A stretch of 64,000 nt of DNA from Eledone cirrhosa (taxonomy: Eukaryota). The translations under genes were made by a program, and so were the position numbers. Shown here piece by piece: positions 42,401 through 54,090 of the stretch. Numbering within the stretch: position 1 is the stretch's first letter; each line of letters starts with the position of its first letter. Below the pieces are notes generated by a model that was given only the letters and a program-made list of their open reading frames with translations, searched no databases and had not been told where the DNA came from. Where the stretch lies: the NCBI GenBank assembly GCA_964016885.1, contig OZ024743.1, positions 280,302,001 to 280,366,000 on the forward strand. The letters are read 5' to 3'.

Positions 42401-45230
42401 TGTAGTAATGTTGGGTATAGTAATGGTGTTTGTATTAATGTATGTGGTAATGTTGTGTATAGTAATGGTGTTTGTATTAATATATGTGGTAATGTTGTGA
42501 ATAGTAATGGTGTTTGTATTAATATATGTGGTAATGTTGGGTATAGTAATGGTGTTTGTATTAATGTATGTGGTAATGTTGGGTATAGTAATGGTGTTTG
42601 TATTAATGTATGTGGTAATGTTGGGTATAGTAATGGTGTTTGTATTAATGTATGTGGTAATGTTGGGTATAGTAATGGTGTTTGTATTAATGTATGTGGT
42701 AATGTTGTGTATAGTAATGTTGTCTGTATTAATATATGTGGTAATGTTGGGTATAGTAATGGTGTTTGTATTAATATATGTGGTAATGTTGGGTATAGTA
42801 ATGGTGTTTGTATTAATATATGTGGTAATGCTGGGTATAGTAATTGTGTTTGTATTAATATATGTGGTAATGTTGTGTATAGTAATGGTGTTTGTATTAA
42901 TGTATGTGGTAATGTTGGGTATAGTAATGGTGTTTGTATTAATATATTTGGTAATGTTGGGTATAGTAATAGTGTTTGTATTAATGTATGTGGTAATGTT
43001 GGGTATAGTAATAGTGTTTGTATTAATGTATGTGGTAATGTTAGGTATAGTAATGGTGTTTGTATTAATATATGTGGTAATGTTGGGTATAGTAATGGTG
43101 TTTGTATTAATGTATGTGGTAATGTTGTGTATAGTAATGGTGTTTGTATTAATGTATGTGGTAATGTTGGGTATAGTAATGGTGTTTGTATTAATATATT
43201 TGGTTATGTTGGGTATAGTAATAGTGTTTGTATTAATGTATGTGGTAATGTTGGGTATAGTAATGGTGTTTGTATTAATATATTTGGTAATGTTGGGTAT
43301 AGTAATAGTGTTTGTATTAATGTATGTGGTAATGTTGGGTATAGTAATGGTGTTTGTATTAATGTATGTGGTAATGTTTGGTATAGTAATGGTGTTTGTA
43401 TTAATATATTTGGTAATGTTGGGTATAGTAATAGTGTTTGTATTAATATATGTGGTAATGTTGGGTATAGTAATGGTGTTTGTATAAATATATTTGGTAA
43501 TGTTGGGTATAGTAATAGTGTTTGTATTAATGTATGTGGTAATGTTGGGTATAGTAATGGTGTTTGTATTAATGTATGTGGTAATGTTGGGTATAGTAAT
43601 GGTGTTTGTATTAATATATGTGGTAATGTTGGGTATAGTAATGGTGTTTGTATTAATGTATGTGGTAATGTTGGGTGTAGTAATGGTGTTTGTATTAATG
43701 TATGTGGTAATGTTGGGTGTAGTAATGGTGTTTGTATTAATGTATGTGGTAATGTTGGGTGTAGTAATGGTGTTTGTATTAATGTATGTAGTAATGTTGG
43801 GTATAGTAATAGTGTTTGTATTAATGTATGTGGTAATGTTGGGTATAGTAATAGTGTTTGTATTAATATATGTGGTAATGTTGGGTATAGTAATGGTGTT
43901 TGTATTAATGTATGTGGTAATGTTGGGTATAGTAATGGTGTTTGTATTAATATATGTGGTAATGTTGTGTATAGTAATGGTGTTTGTATTAATATATGTG
44001 GTAATGTTGGGTATAGTAATGGTGTTTGTATTAATATATGTGGTAATGTTGGGTATAGTAATGGTGTTTGTATTAATATATGTGGTAATGTTGTGTATAG
44101 TAATGGTGTTTGTATTAATGTATGTGGTAATGTTGGGTATAGTAATGGTGTTTGTATTAATGTATGTGGTAATGTTGGGTATAGTAATAGTGTTTGTATT
44201 AATATATGTGGTAATGTTGTGTATAGTAATGGTGTTTGTATTAATGTATGTAGTAATGTTAGGTATAGTAATGGTGTTTGTATTAATATATGTGGTAATG
44301 TTGGGTATAGTAATGGTGTTTGTATTAATATATGTGGTAATGTTGGGTATAGTAATGGTGTTTGTATTAATGTATGTGGTAATGTTGGGTATAGTAATGG
44401 TGTTTGTATTAATATATTTGGTTATGTTGGGTATAGTAATAGTGTTTGTATTAATGTATGTGGTAATGTTGGGTATAGTAATGGTGTTTGTATTAATATA
44501 TTTGGTAATGTTGGGTATAGTAATAGTGTTTGTATTAATGTATGTGGTAATGTTGGGTATAGTAATGGTGTTTGTATTAATGTATGTGGTAATGTTGGGT
44601 ATAGTAATGGTGTTTGTATTAATATATTTGGCAATGTTGGGTATAGTAATAGTGTTTGTATTAATATATGTGGTAATGTTGGGTATAGTAATGGTGTTTG
44701 TATAAATATATTTGGTAATGTTGGGTATAGTAATAGTGTTTGTATTAATGTATGTGGTAATGTTGGGTATAGTAATGGTGTTTGTATTAATGTATGTGGT
44801 AATGTTGGGTATAGTAATGGTGTTTGTATTAATATATGTGGTAATGTTGGGTATAGTAATGGTGTTTGTATTAATGTATGTGGTAATGTTGGGTATAGTA
44901 ATGGTGTTTGTATTAATATATGTGGTAATGTTGGGTATAGTAATGGTGTTTGTATTAATATATGTGGTAATGTTGGGTATAGTAATGGTGTTTGTATTAA
45001 TATATGTGGTAATGTTAGGTATAGTAATGGTTTTGTATTAATATATGTGGTAATGTGGGGTATAGAAATGGTGTTTGTATTAATATATGTGGTAATGTTG
45101 GGTATAGTAATGGTGTTTGTATTAATGTATGTGGTAATGTGGGTATAGTAATGGTGTTTGTATTAATATATGTGGTAATGTTGGGTATAGTAATGGTGTT
45201 TGTATTAATGTATGTGGTAATGTGGGTATA
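12410..45230. repeat. Higher-order repeat domain B: dominant 1218-bp (29-monomer) unit with 1260-bp (30-monomer) variants, interleaved with A-derived blocks
   Basis: The GTATAAATATATTT marker is spaced by 1218 bp (17455/18673, 22703/23921, 26398/27616/28834, 31354/32572, 35049/36267, 38365/39583, 43487/44705) or by 1260 bp (28834/30094/31354). The 29-mers carry three consecutive GGGTGT monomers and a TTTGGTTAT monomer. Confidence 0.9.
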
Positions 45231-45429
45231 GTAATGGTGTTTGTATTAATATATGTGGTAATGTTAGGTATAGTAATGGTTTTTGTATTAATATATGTGG
45301 TAATGTTGGGTATAGTAATGGTGTTTGTATTAATATATGTGGTAATGTTAGGTATAGTAATGGTTTTTATATTAATATATGTGGTAATGTTGGGTATAGT
45401 AATGGTGTTTGTATTAATGTATGTGGTAA

Positions 45430-48400
45430 TGTTGGGTATAGTAATGGTGTTTGTATTAGTGCATGTGGTAATGTTGGGTATAGTAATGGTGTTTGTATTA
45501 ATGTATGTGGTAATGTTGGGTATAGTAATGGTGTTTGTATTAATGTATGTGGTAATGTTTGGTATAGTAATGGTGTTTGTATTAATGTATGTGGTAATGT
45601 TGGGTATAGTAATGGTGATTGTATTAATATATGTGGTAATGCTGGGTATAGTAATGGTGTTTGTATTAATGTATGTGGTAATGTTGTGTATAGTAATGGT
45701 GTTTGTATTAATGTATGTGGTAATGTTGGGTATAGTAATGGTGATTGTATTAATATATGTGGTAATGTTGGGTATAGTAATAGTGTTTGTATTAATATAT
45801 GTGGTAATGTTGGGTATAGTAATGGTGTTTGTATTAATGTATGTGGTAATGTTGTGTATAGTAATGGTGTTTGTATTAATGTATGTGGTAATGTTTGGTA
45901 TAGTAATGGTGTTTGTATTAATGTATGTGGTAATGTTGGGTATAGTAATGGTGATTGTATTAATATATGTGGTAATGTTGGGTATAGTAATAGTGTTTGT
46001 ATTAATATATGTGGTAATGTTGGGTATAGAAATGGTGTTTGTATTAATGTATGTGGTAATGTTGGGTATATTAATGGTGTTTGTATTAATATATTTGGTA
46101 ATGTTGGGTATAGTAATAGTGTTTGTATTAATGTATGTGGTAATGTTGGGTATAGTAATAGTGTTTGTATTAATGTATGTGGTAATGTTAGGTATAGTAA
46201 TGGTGTTTGTATTAATGTATGTGGTAATGTTGGGTATAGTAATCGTGTTTGTATTAATGTATGTGGTAATGTTGGGTATAGTAATGGTGTTTGTATTAAT
46301 ATATGTGGTAATGCTGGGTATAGTAATGGTGTTTGTATTAATGTATGTGGTAATGTTGGGTATAGTAATGGTGTTTGTATTAATATATTTGGTAATGTTG
46401 GGTATAGTAATAGTGTTTGTATTAATGTATGTGGTAATGTTGGGTATAGTAATGGTGTTTGTATTAATATATTTGGTAATGTTGGGTATAGTAATAGTGT
46501 TTGTATTAATGTATGTGGTAATGTTGGGTATAGTAATGGTGTTTGTATTAATGTATGTGGTAATGTTGGGTATAGTAATGGTGTTTGTATTAATATATTT
46601 GGTAATGTTGGGTATAGTAATAGTGTTTGTATTAATGTATGTGGTAATGTTGGGTATAGTAATGGTGTTTGTATTAATGTATGTGGTAATGTTGGGTATA
46701 GTAATGGTGTTTGTATAAATATATTTGGTAATGTTGGGTATAGTAATGGTGTTTGTATTAATATATGTGGTAATGTTGGGTATAGTAATGGTGTTTCTAT
46801 TAATGTATGTGATAATGTTGGGTGTAGTAATGCAGTTAGTATTAATGTATGTGGTAATGTTGGGTATAATAATGGTGTTTGTATTAATATATGTGGTAAT
46901 GTTGGGTATAGTAATGGTGTTTGTATTAATGTATGTGGTAATGTTGGGTATAGTAATGGTGTTTGTATTAATATATGCGGTAATGTTGGGTATAGTAATG
47001 GTGTTTGTATTAATGTATGTGGTAATGTTGGGTATAGTAATAGTGTTTGTATTAATGTATGTGGTAATGTTGGGTATAGTAATGGTGTTTGTATTAATGT
47101 ATGTGGTAATGTTGGGTATAGTAATGGTGTTTGTATTAATGTATGTGGTAATGTTAGGTATAGTAATGGTGTTTGTATTAATGTATGTAGTAATGTTGGG
47201 TGTAGTAATGGTGTTTGTATTAATGTATGTGGTAACGTTGGGTAGAGTAATGGTGTTTGTATTAATGTATGTGGTAAGGTTGGGTGTAGTAATGGTGTTT
47301 GTATTAATAAATGTGGTAATGTTGGGTATAGTAATGGTGTTTGTATTAATATATGTGGTAATGTTGTGTATAGTAATGGTGTTTGTATTAATGTATGTAG
47401 TAATGTTGGGTATAGTAATAGTGTTTGTATTAACGTATGTGGTAATGTTGGGTATAGTAATAGTGTTTGTATTAATATATGTGGTAATGTTGGGTATAGT
47501 AATGGTGTTTGTATTAATGTATGTGGTAATGTTGGGTATAGTAATGGTGTTTGTATTATTGTATGTGGTAATGTTGGGTATAGTAATAGTGGTTGTATTA
47601 ATATATGTGGTAATGTTGGGTATAGTAATGGTGTTTGTATTAATGTATGTGGTAATGTTGGGTATAGTAATGGTGTTTGTATTAACGTATGTGGTAATGT
47701 TGGGTATAGTAATGGTGTTTGTATTAATGTATGTAGTAATGTTGGGTATAGTAATAGTGTTTGTATTAATATATGTGGTAATGTTGGGTATAGTAATGGT
47801 GTTTGTATTAATGTATGTAGTAATGTTGGGTATAGTAATAGTGTTTGTATTAATGTATGTGGTAATGTTGGGTATAGTAATGGTGTTTGTATTAATGTAT
47901 GTGGTAATGTTGTGTATAGTAATGTTGTTTGTATTAATGTATGTGGTAATGTTGGGTATAGTAATAGTGTTTGTATTAATATATGTGGTAATGTTGGGTA
48001 TAGTAATGGTGTTTGTATTAATGTATGTGGTAATGTTGTGTATAGTAATGGTGTTTGTATTAATATATGTGGTAATGTTGTGTATAGTAATGGTGTTTGT
48101 ATTAATATATGTGATAATGTTGGGTATAGTAATGGTGTTTGTATTAATGTATGTGGTAATGTTGGGTATAGTAATGGTGTTTGTATTAATGTATGTGGTA
48201 ATGTTGGGTATAGTAATGGTGTTTGTATTAATGTATGTGGTAATGTTGGGTATAGTAATGGTGTTTGTATTAATGTATGTGGTAATGTTGTGTATAGTAA
48301 TGGTGTTTGTATTAATATATGTGGTAATGTTGGGTATAGTAATGGTGTTTGTATTAATATATGTGGTAATGTTGGGTATAGTAATGGTGTTTGTATTAAT

Positions 48401-48430
48401 ATATGTGGTAATACTGGGTATAGTAATTGT
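45430..48430. repeat. Diverged copy of the block at about 1800-4640, offset 43,626 bp (43,794 bp after a 4-monomer length difference)
   Basis: The GGTGATTGT variant occurs only at 1991, 2117 and 2327 (GAT position) and at 45617, 45743 and 45953. ATTAGT, TATAGA and AATCGT variants follow in the same order in both blocks. Confidence 0.88.
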
Positions 48431-48549
48431 GTTTGTATTAATATATGTGGTAATGTTGTGTATAGTAATGGTGTTTGTATTAATGTATGTGGTAATGTTG
48501 GGTATAGTAATAGTGTTTGTATTAATGTATGTGGTAATGTTAGGTATAG

Positions 48550-51500
48550 TAATGGTGTTTGTATTAATATATGTGGTAATGTTGGGTATAGTAATGGTGT
48601 TTGTATTAATGTATGTGGTAATGTTGTGTATAGTAATGGTGTTTGTATTAATGTATGTGGTAATGTTGGGTATAGTAATGGTGTTTGTATTAATATATTT
48701 GGTTATGTTGGGTATAGTAATAGTGTTTGTATTAATGTATGTGGTAATGTTGGGTATAGTAATGGTGTTTGTATTAATATATTTGGTAATGTTGGGTATA
48801 GTAATAGTGTTTGTATTAATGTATGTGGTAATGTTGGGTATAGTAATGGTGTTTGTATTAATGTATGTGGTAATGTTGGGTATAGTAATGGTGTTTGTAT
48901 TAATATATTTGGTAATGTTGGGTATAGTAATAGTGTTTGTATTAATATATGTGGTAATGTTGGGTATAGTAATGGTGTTTGTATAAATATATTTGGTAAT
49001 GTTGGGTATAGTAATAGTGTTTGTATTAATGTATGTGGTAATGTTGGGTATAGTAATGGTGTTTGTATTAATGTATGTGGTAATGTTGGGTATAGTAATG
49101 GTGTTTGTAGTAATATATGTGGTAATGTTGGGTATAGTAATGGTGTTTGTATTAATGTATGTGGTAATGTTGGGTGTAGTAATGGTGTTTGTATTAATGT
49201 ATGTGGTAATGTTGGGTGTAGTAATGGTGTTTGTATTAATGTATGTGGTAATGTTGGGTGTAGTAATGGTGTTTGTATTAATGTATGTGGTAATGTTGGG
49301 TGTAGTAATGCAGTTAGTATTAATGTATGTGGTAATGTTGGGTATAATAATGGTGTTTGTATTAATATATGTGGTAATGTTGGGTATAGTAATGGTGTTT
49401 GTATTAATGTATGTGGTAATGTTGGGTATAGTAATGGTGTTTGTATTAATATATGTGGTAATGTTGGGTATAGTAATGGTGTTTGTATTAATGTATGTGG
49501 TAATGTTGGGTATAGTAATAGTGTTTGTATTAATGTATGTGGTAATGTTGGGTATAGTAATGATGTTTGTATTAATGTATGTGGTAATGTTGGGTATAGT
49601 AATGGTGTTTGTATTAATATATTTGGTAATGTTGGGTATAGTAATAGTGTTTGTATTAATATATGTGGTAATGTTGGGTATAGTAATGGTGTTTGTATAA
49701 ATATATTTGGTAATGTTGGGTATAGTAATAGTGTTTGTATTAATGTATGTGGTAATGTTGGGTATAGTAATAGTGTTTGTATTAATGTATGTGGTAATGT
49801 TGGGTATAGTAATAGTGTTTGTATTAATATATGTGGTAATGTTGGGTATAGTAATGGTGTTTGTATTAATGTATGTGGTAATGTTGGATATAGTAATGGT
49901 GTTTGTATTAATATATGTGGTAATGTTGTGTATAGTAATGGTGTTTGTATTAATATATGTGGTAATGTTGGGTATAGTAATGGTGTTTGTATTAATATAT
50001 GTGGTAATGTTGGGTATAGTAATGGTGTTTGTATTAATATATGTGGTAATGTTGTGTATAGTAATGGTGTTTGTATTAATGTATGTGGTAATGTTGGGTA
50101 TAGTAATGGTGTTTGTATTAATGTATGTAGTAATGTTGGGTATAGTAATAGTGTTTGTATTAAAAATGTGGTAATGTTGTGTATAGTAATGGTGTTTGTA
50201 TTAATGTATGTAGTAATGTTAGGTATAGTAATGGTGTTTGTATTAATATATGTGGTAATGTTGGGTATAGTAATGGTGTTTGTATTAATATATGTGGTAA
50301 TGTTGTGTATAGTAATGGTGTTTGTATTAATGTATGTAGTAATGTTAGGTATAGTAATGGTGTTTGTATTAATGTATGTAGTAATGTTGGGTATAGTAAT
50401 GGTGTTTGTATTAATGTATGTGGTAATGTTGTGTATAGTAATGGTGTTTGTATTAATATATGTGGTAATGTTGGGTATAGTAATGGTGTTTGTATTAATG
50501 TATGTGGTAATGTTGGGTATAGTAATGGTGTTTGTATTAATGTATGTGGTAATGTTGGTTATAGTAATGGTGTTTGTATTAATGTATGTGGTAATGTTGG
50601 GTATAGTAATGGTGTTTGTATTAATGTATGTGGTAATGTTGGGTATAGTAATGGTGTTTGTATTAATGTATGTGGTAATGTTGGGTATAGTAATGGTGTT
50701 TGTATTAATATATTTGGTAATGTTGGGTATAGTAATAGTGTTTGTATTAATGTATGTGGTAATGTTGGGTATAGTAATAGTGTTTGTATTAATGTATGTG
50801 GTAATGTTAGGTATAGTAATGGTGTTTGTATTAATATATGTGGTAATGTTGGGTATAGTAATGGTGTTTGTATTAATGTATGTGGTAATGTTGTGTATAG
50901 TAATGGTGTTTGTATTAATGTATGTGGTAATGTTGGGTATAGTAATGGTGTTTGTATTAATATATTTGGTTATGTTGGGTATAGTAATAGTGTTTGTATT
51001 AATGTATGTGGTAATGTTGGGTATAGTAATGGTGTTTGTATTAATATATTTGGTAATGTTGGGTATAGTAATAGTGTTTGTATTAATGTATGTGGTAATG
51101 TTGGGTATAGTAATGGTGTTTGTATTAATGTATGTGGTAATGTTGTGTATAGTAATGGTGTTTGTATTAATATATGTGGTAATGTTGGGTATAGTAATGG
51201 TGTTTGTATTAATATATGTGGTAATGTTGGGTATAGTAATGGTGTTTGTATTAATATATGTGGTAATACTGGGTATAGTAATGGTGTTTGTATTAATATA
51301 TGTGGTAATGTTGGGTATAGTAATGGTGTTTGTATTAATGTATGTGGTAATGTTGTGTATAGTAATGGTGTTTGTATTAATGTATGTGGTAATGTTGGGT
51401 ATAGTAATGGTGTTTGTATTAATATATTTGGTTATGTTGGGTATAGTAATAGTGTTTGTATTAATGTATGTGGTAATGTTGGGTATAGTAATGGTGTTTG

Positions 51501-54090
51501 TATTAATATATTTGGTAATGTTGGGTATAGTAATAGTGTTTGTATTAATGTATGTGGTAATGTTGGGTATAGTAATGGTGTTTGTATTAATGTATGTGGT
51601 AATGTTGGGTATAGTAATGGTGTTTGTATTAATATATTTGGTAATGTTGGGTATAGTAATAGTGTTTGTATTAATATATGTGGTAATGTTGGGTATAGTA
51701 ATGGTGTTTGTATAAATATATTTGGTAATGTTGGGTATAGTAATAGTGTTTGTATTAATGTATGTGGTAATGTTGGGTATAGTAATGGTGTTTGTATTAA
51801 TGTATGTGGTAATGTTGGGTATAGTAATGGTGTTTGTAGTAATATATGTGGTAATGTTGGGTATAGTAATGGTGTTTGTATTAATGTATGTGGTAATGTT
51901 GGGTGTAGTAATGGTGTTTGTATTAATGTATGTGGTAATGTTGGGTGTAGTAATGGTGTTTGTATTAATGTATGTGGTAATGTTGGGTGTAGTAATGGTG
52001 TTTGTATTAATGTATGTGGTAATGTTGGGTGTAGTAATGCAGTTAGTATTAATGTATGTGGTAATGTTGGGTATAATAATGGTGTTTGTATTAATATATG
52101 TGGTAATGTTGGGTATAGTAATGGTGTTTGTATTAATGTATGTGGTAATGTTGGGTATAGTAATGGTGTTTGTATTAATATATGTGGTAATGTTGGGTAT
52201 AGTAATGGTGTTTGTATTAATGTATGTGGTAATGTTGGGTATAGTAATAGTGTTTGTATTAATGTATGTGGTAATGTTGGGTATAGTAATGATGTTTGTA
52301 TGTAGTGTGGTGGTGTGGTGGTGTGGTGGTGTGGTTGTGTGGCGGTGTGGTAGTGTGGTGGTGTGGTGGTGTGGTGGTGGGGTGGTGGGGTGTGGTAGTG
52401 TGGTAGTGGGGTGGTGTAGTGGTGTAGATGGTGTTGTTAGTTTGGTAGTGGGTAGGTAGAGTGGTGGTTTAGGTGGTGTGGTAGTGTTGGGTATAGTAAT
52501 AGTGTTTGTATTAATGTATGTGGTAATGTTGGGTATAGTAATAGTGTTTGTATTAATATATGTGGTAATGTTGGGTATAGTAATGGTGTTTGTATTAATG
52601 TATGTGGTAATGTTGGGTATAGTAATGGTGTTTGTATTAATATATGTGGTAATGTTGTGTATAGTAATGGTGTTTGTATTAATATATGTGGTAATGTTGG
52701 GTATAGTAATGGTGTTTGTATTAATATATGTGGTAATGTTGGGTATAGTAATGGTGTTTGTATTAATATATGTGGTAATGTTGTGTATAGTAATGGTGTT
52801 TGTATTAATGTATGTGGTAATGTTGGGTATAGTAATGGTGTTTGTATTAATGTATGTAGTAATGTTGGGTATAGTAATAGTGTTTGTATTAAAAATGTGG
52901 TAATGTTGTGTATAGTAATGGTGTTTGTATTAATGTATGTAGTAATGTTAGGTATAGTAATGGTGTTTGTATTAATATATGTGGTAATGTTGGGTATAGT
53001 AATGGTGTTTGTATTAATATATGTGGTAATGTTGTGTATAGTAATGGTGTTTGTATTAATGTATGTAGTAATGTTAGGTATAGTAATGGTGTTTGTATTA
53101 ATGTATGTAGTAATGTTGGGTATAGTAATGGTGTTTGTATTAATGTATGTGGTAATGTTGTGTATAGTAATGGTGTTTGTATTAATATATGTGGTAATGT
53201 TGGGTATAGTAATGGTGTTTGTATTAATGTATGTGGTAATGTTGGGTATAGTAATGGTGTTTGTATTAATGTATGTGGTAATGTTGGTTATAGTAATGGT
53301 GTTTGTATTAATGTATGTGGTAATGTTGGGTATAGTAATGGTGTTTGTATTAATGTATGTGGTAATGTTGGGTATAGTAATGGTGTTTGTATTAATGTAT
53401 GTGGTAATGTTGGGTATAGTAATGGTGTTTGTATTAATATATTTGGTAATGTTGGGTATAGTAATAGTGTTTGTATTAATGTATGTGGTAATGTTGGGTA
53501 TAGTAATAGTGTTTGTATTAATGTATGTGGTAATGTTAGGTATAGTAATGGTGTTTGTATTAATATATGTGGTAATGTTGGGTATAGTAATGGTGTTTGT
53601 ATTAATGTATGTGGTAATGTTGTGTATAGTAATGGTGTTTGTATTAATGTATGTGGTAATGTTGGGTATAGTAATGGTGTTTGTATTAATATATTTGGTT
53701 ATGTTGGGTATAGTAATAGTGTTTGTATTAATGTATGTGGTAATGTTGGGTATAGTAATGGTGTTTGTATTAATATATTTGGTAATGTTGGGTATAGTAA
53801 TAGTGTTTGTATTAATGTATGTGGTAATGTTGGGTATAGTAATGGTGTTTGTATTAATGTATGTGGTAATGTTGGGTATAGTAATGGTGTTTGTATTAAT
53901 ATATTTGGTAATGTTGGGTATAGTAATAGTGTTTGTATTAATATATGGGGTAATGTTGGGTATAGTAATGGTGTTTGTATAAATATATTTGGTAATGTTG
54001 GGTATAGTAATAGTGTTTGTATTAATGTATGTGGTAATGTTGGGTATAGTAATGGTGTTTGTATTAATGTATGTGGTAATGTTGGGTATA
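48550..54090. repeat. 2729-bp (65 monomers minus 1 bp) tandem duplication
   Basis: Rare markers are duplicated at offset 2729: TGTAGTAATATA (about 49106/51835), GCAGTTAGT (49310/52039), AATGATGTT (GAT at 49562/52291) and ATTAAAAATGT (50162/52891). Confidence 0.88.
52302..52485. repeat. GT-rich low-complexity island, degenerate (GTGTGGTG)n, replacing about 4.4 monomers; real sequence or sequencing/consensus artefact
   Basis: The sequence switches to tgtagtgtggtggtgtggtggtgtggtggtgtgg... and then returns to the monomer. Flanking monomer starts at 52270 and 52480 are exactly 210 bp apart. Confidence 0.9.

Noticed and set aside
23638-44634. Six identical 70-aa minus-strand ORFs (MPNILIQTPLLYPTLPH...)
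   Set aside because: Each is created by the GGC variant (a TTG start on the minus strand) and closed by the GGTTAT variant. They mark HOR copies, not genes.
45025-45040. 1-bp deletion in GGTTTTTGT (T5 to T4)
   Set aside because: It is private to one copy and lies in a homopolymer while paralogs have T5, so it is most likely a sequencing error.
1-52300. G-quadruplex formation by the main satellite
   Set aside because: There is only one GGG and two GG runs per 42 bp with long loops, so the canonical four closely spaced G3 tracts are absent outside the island.
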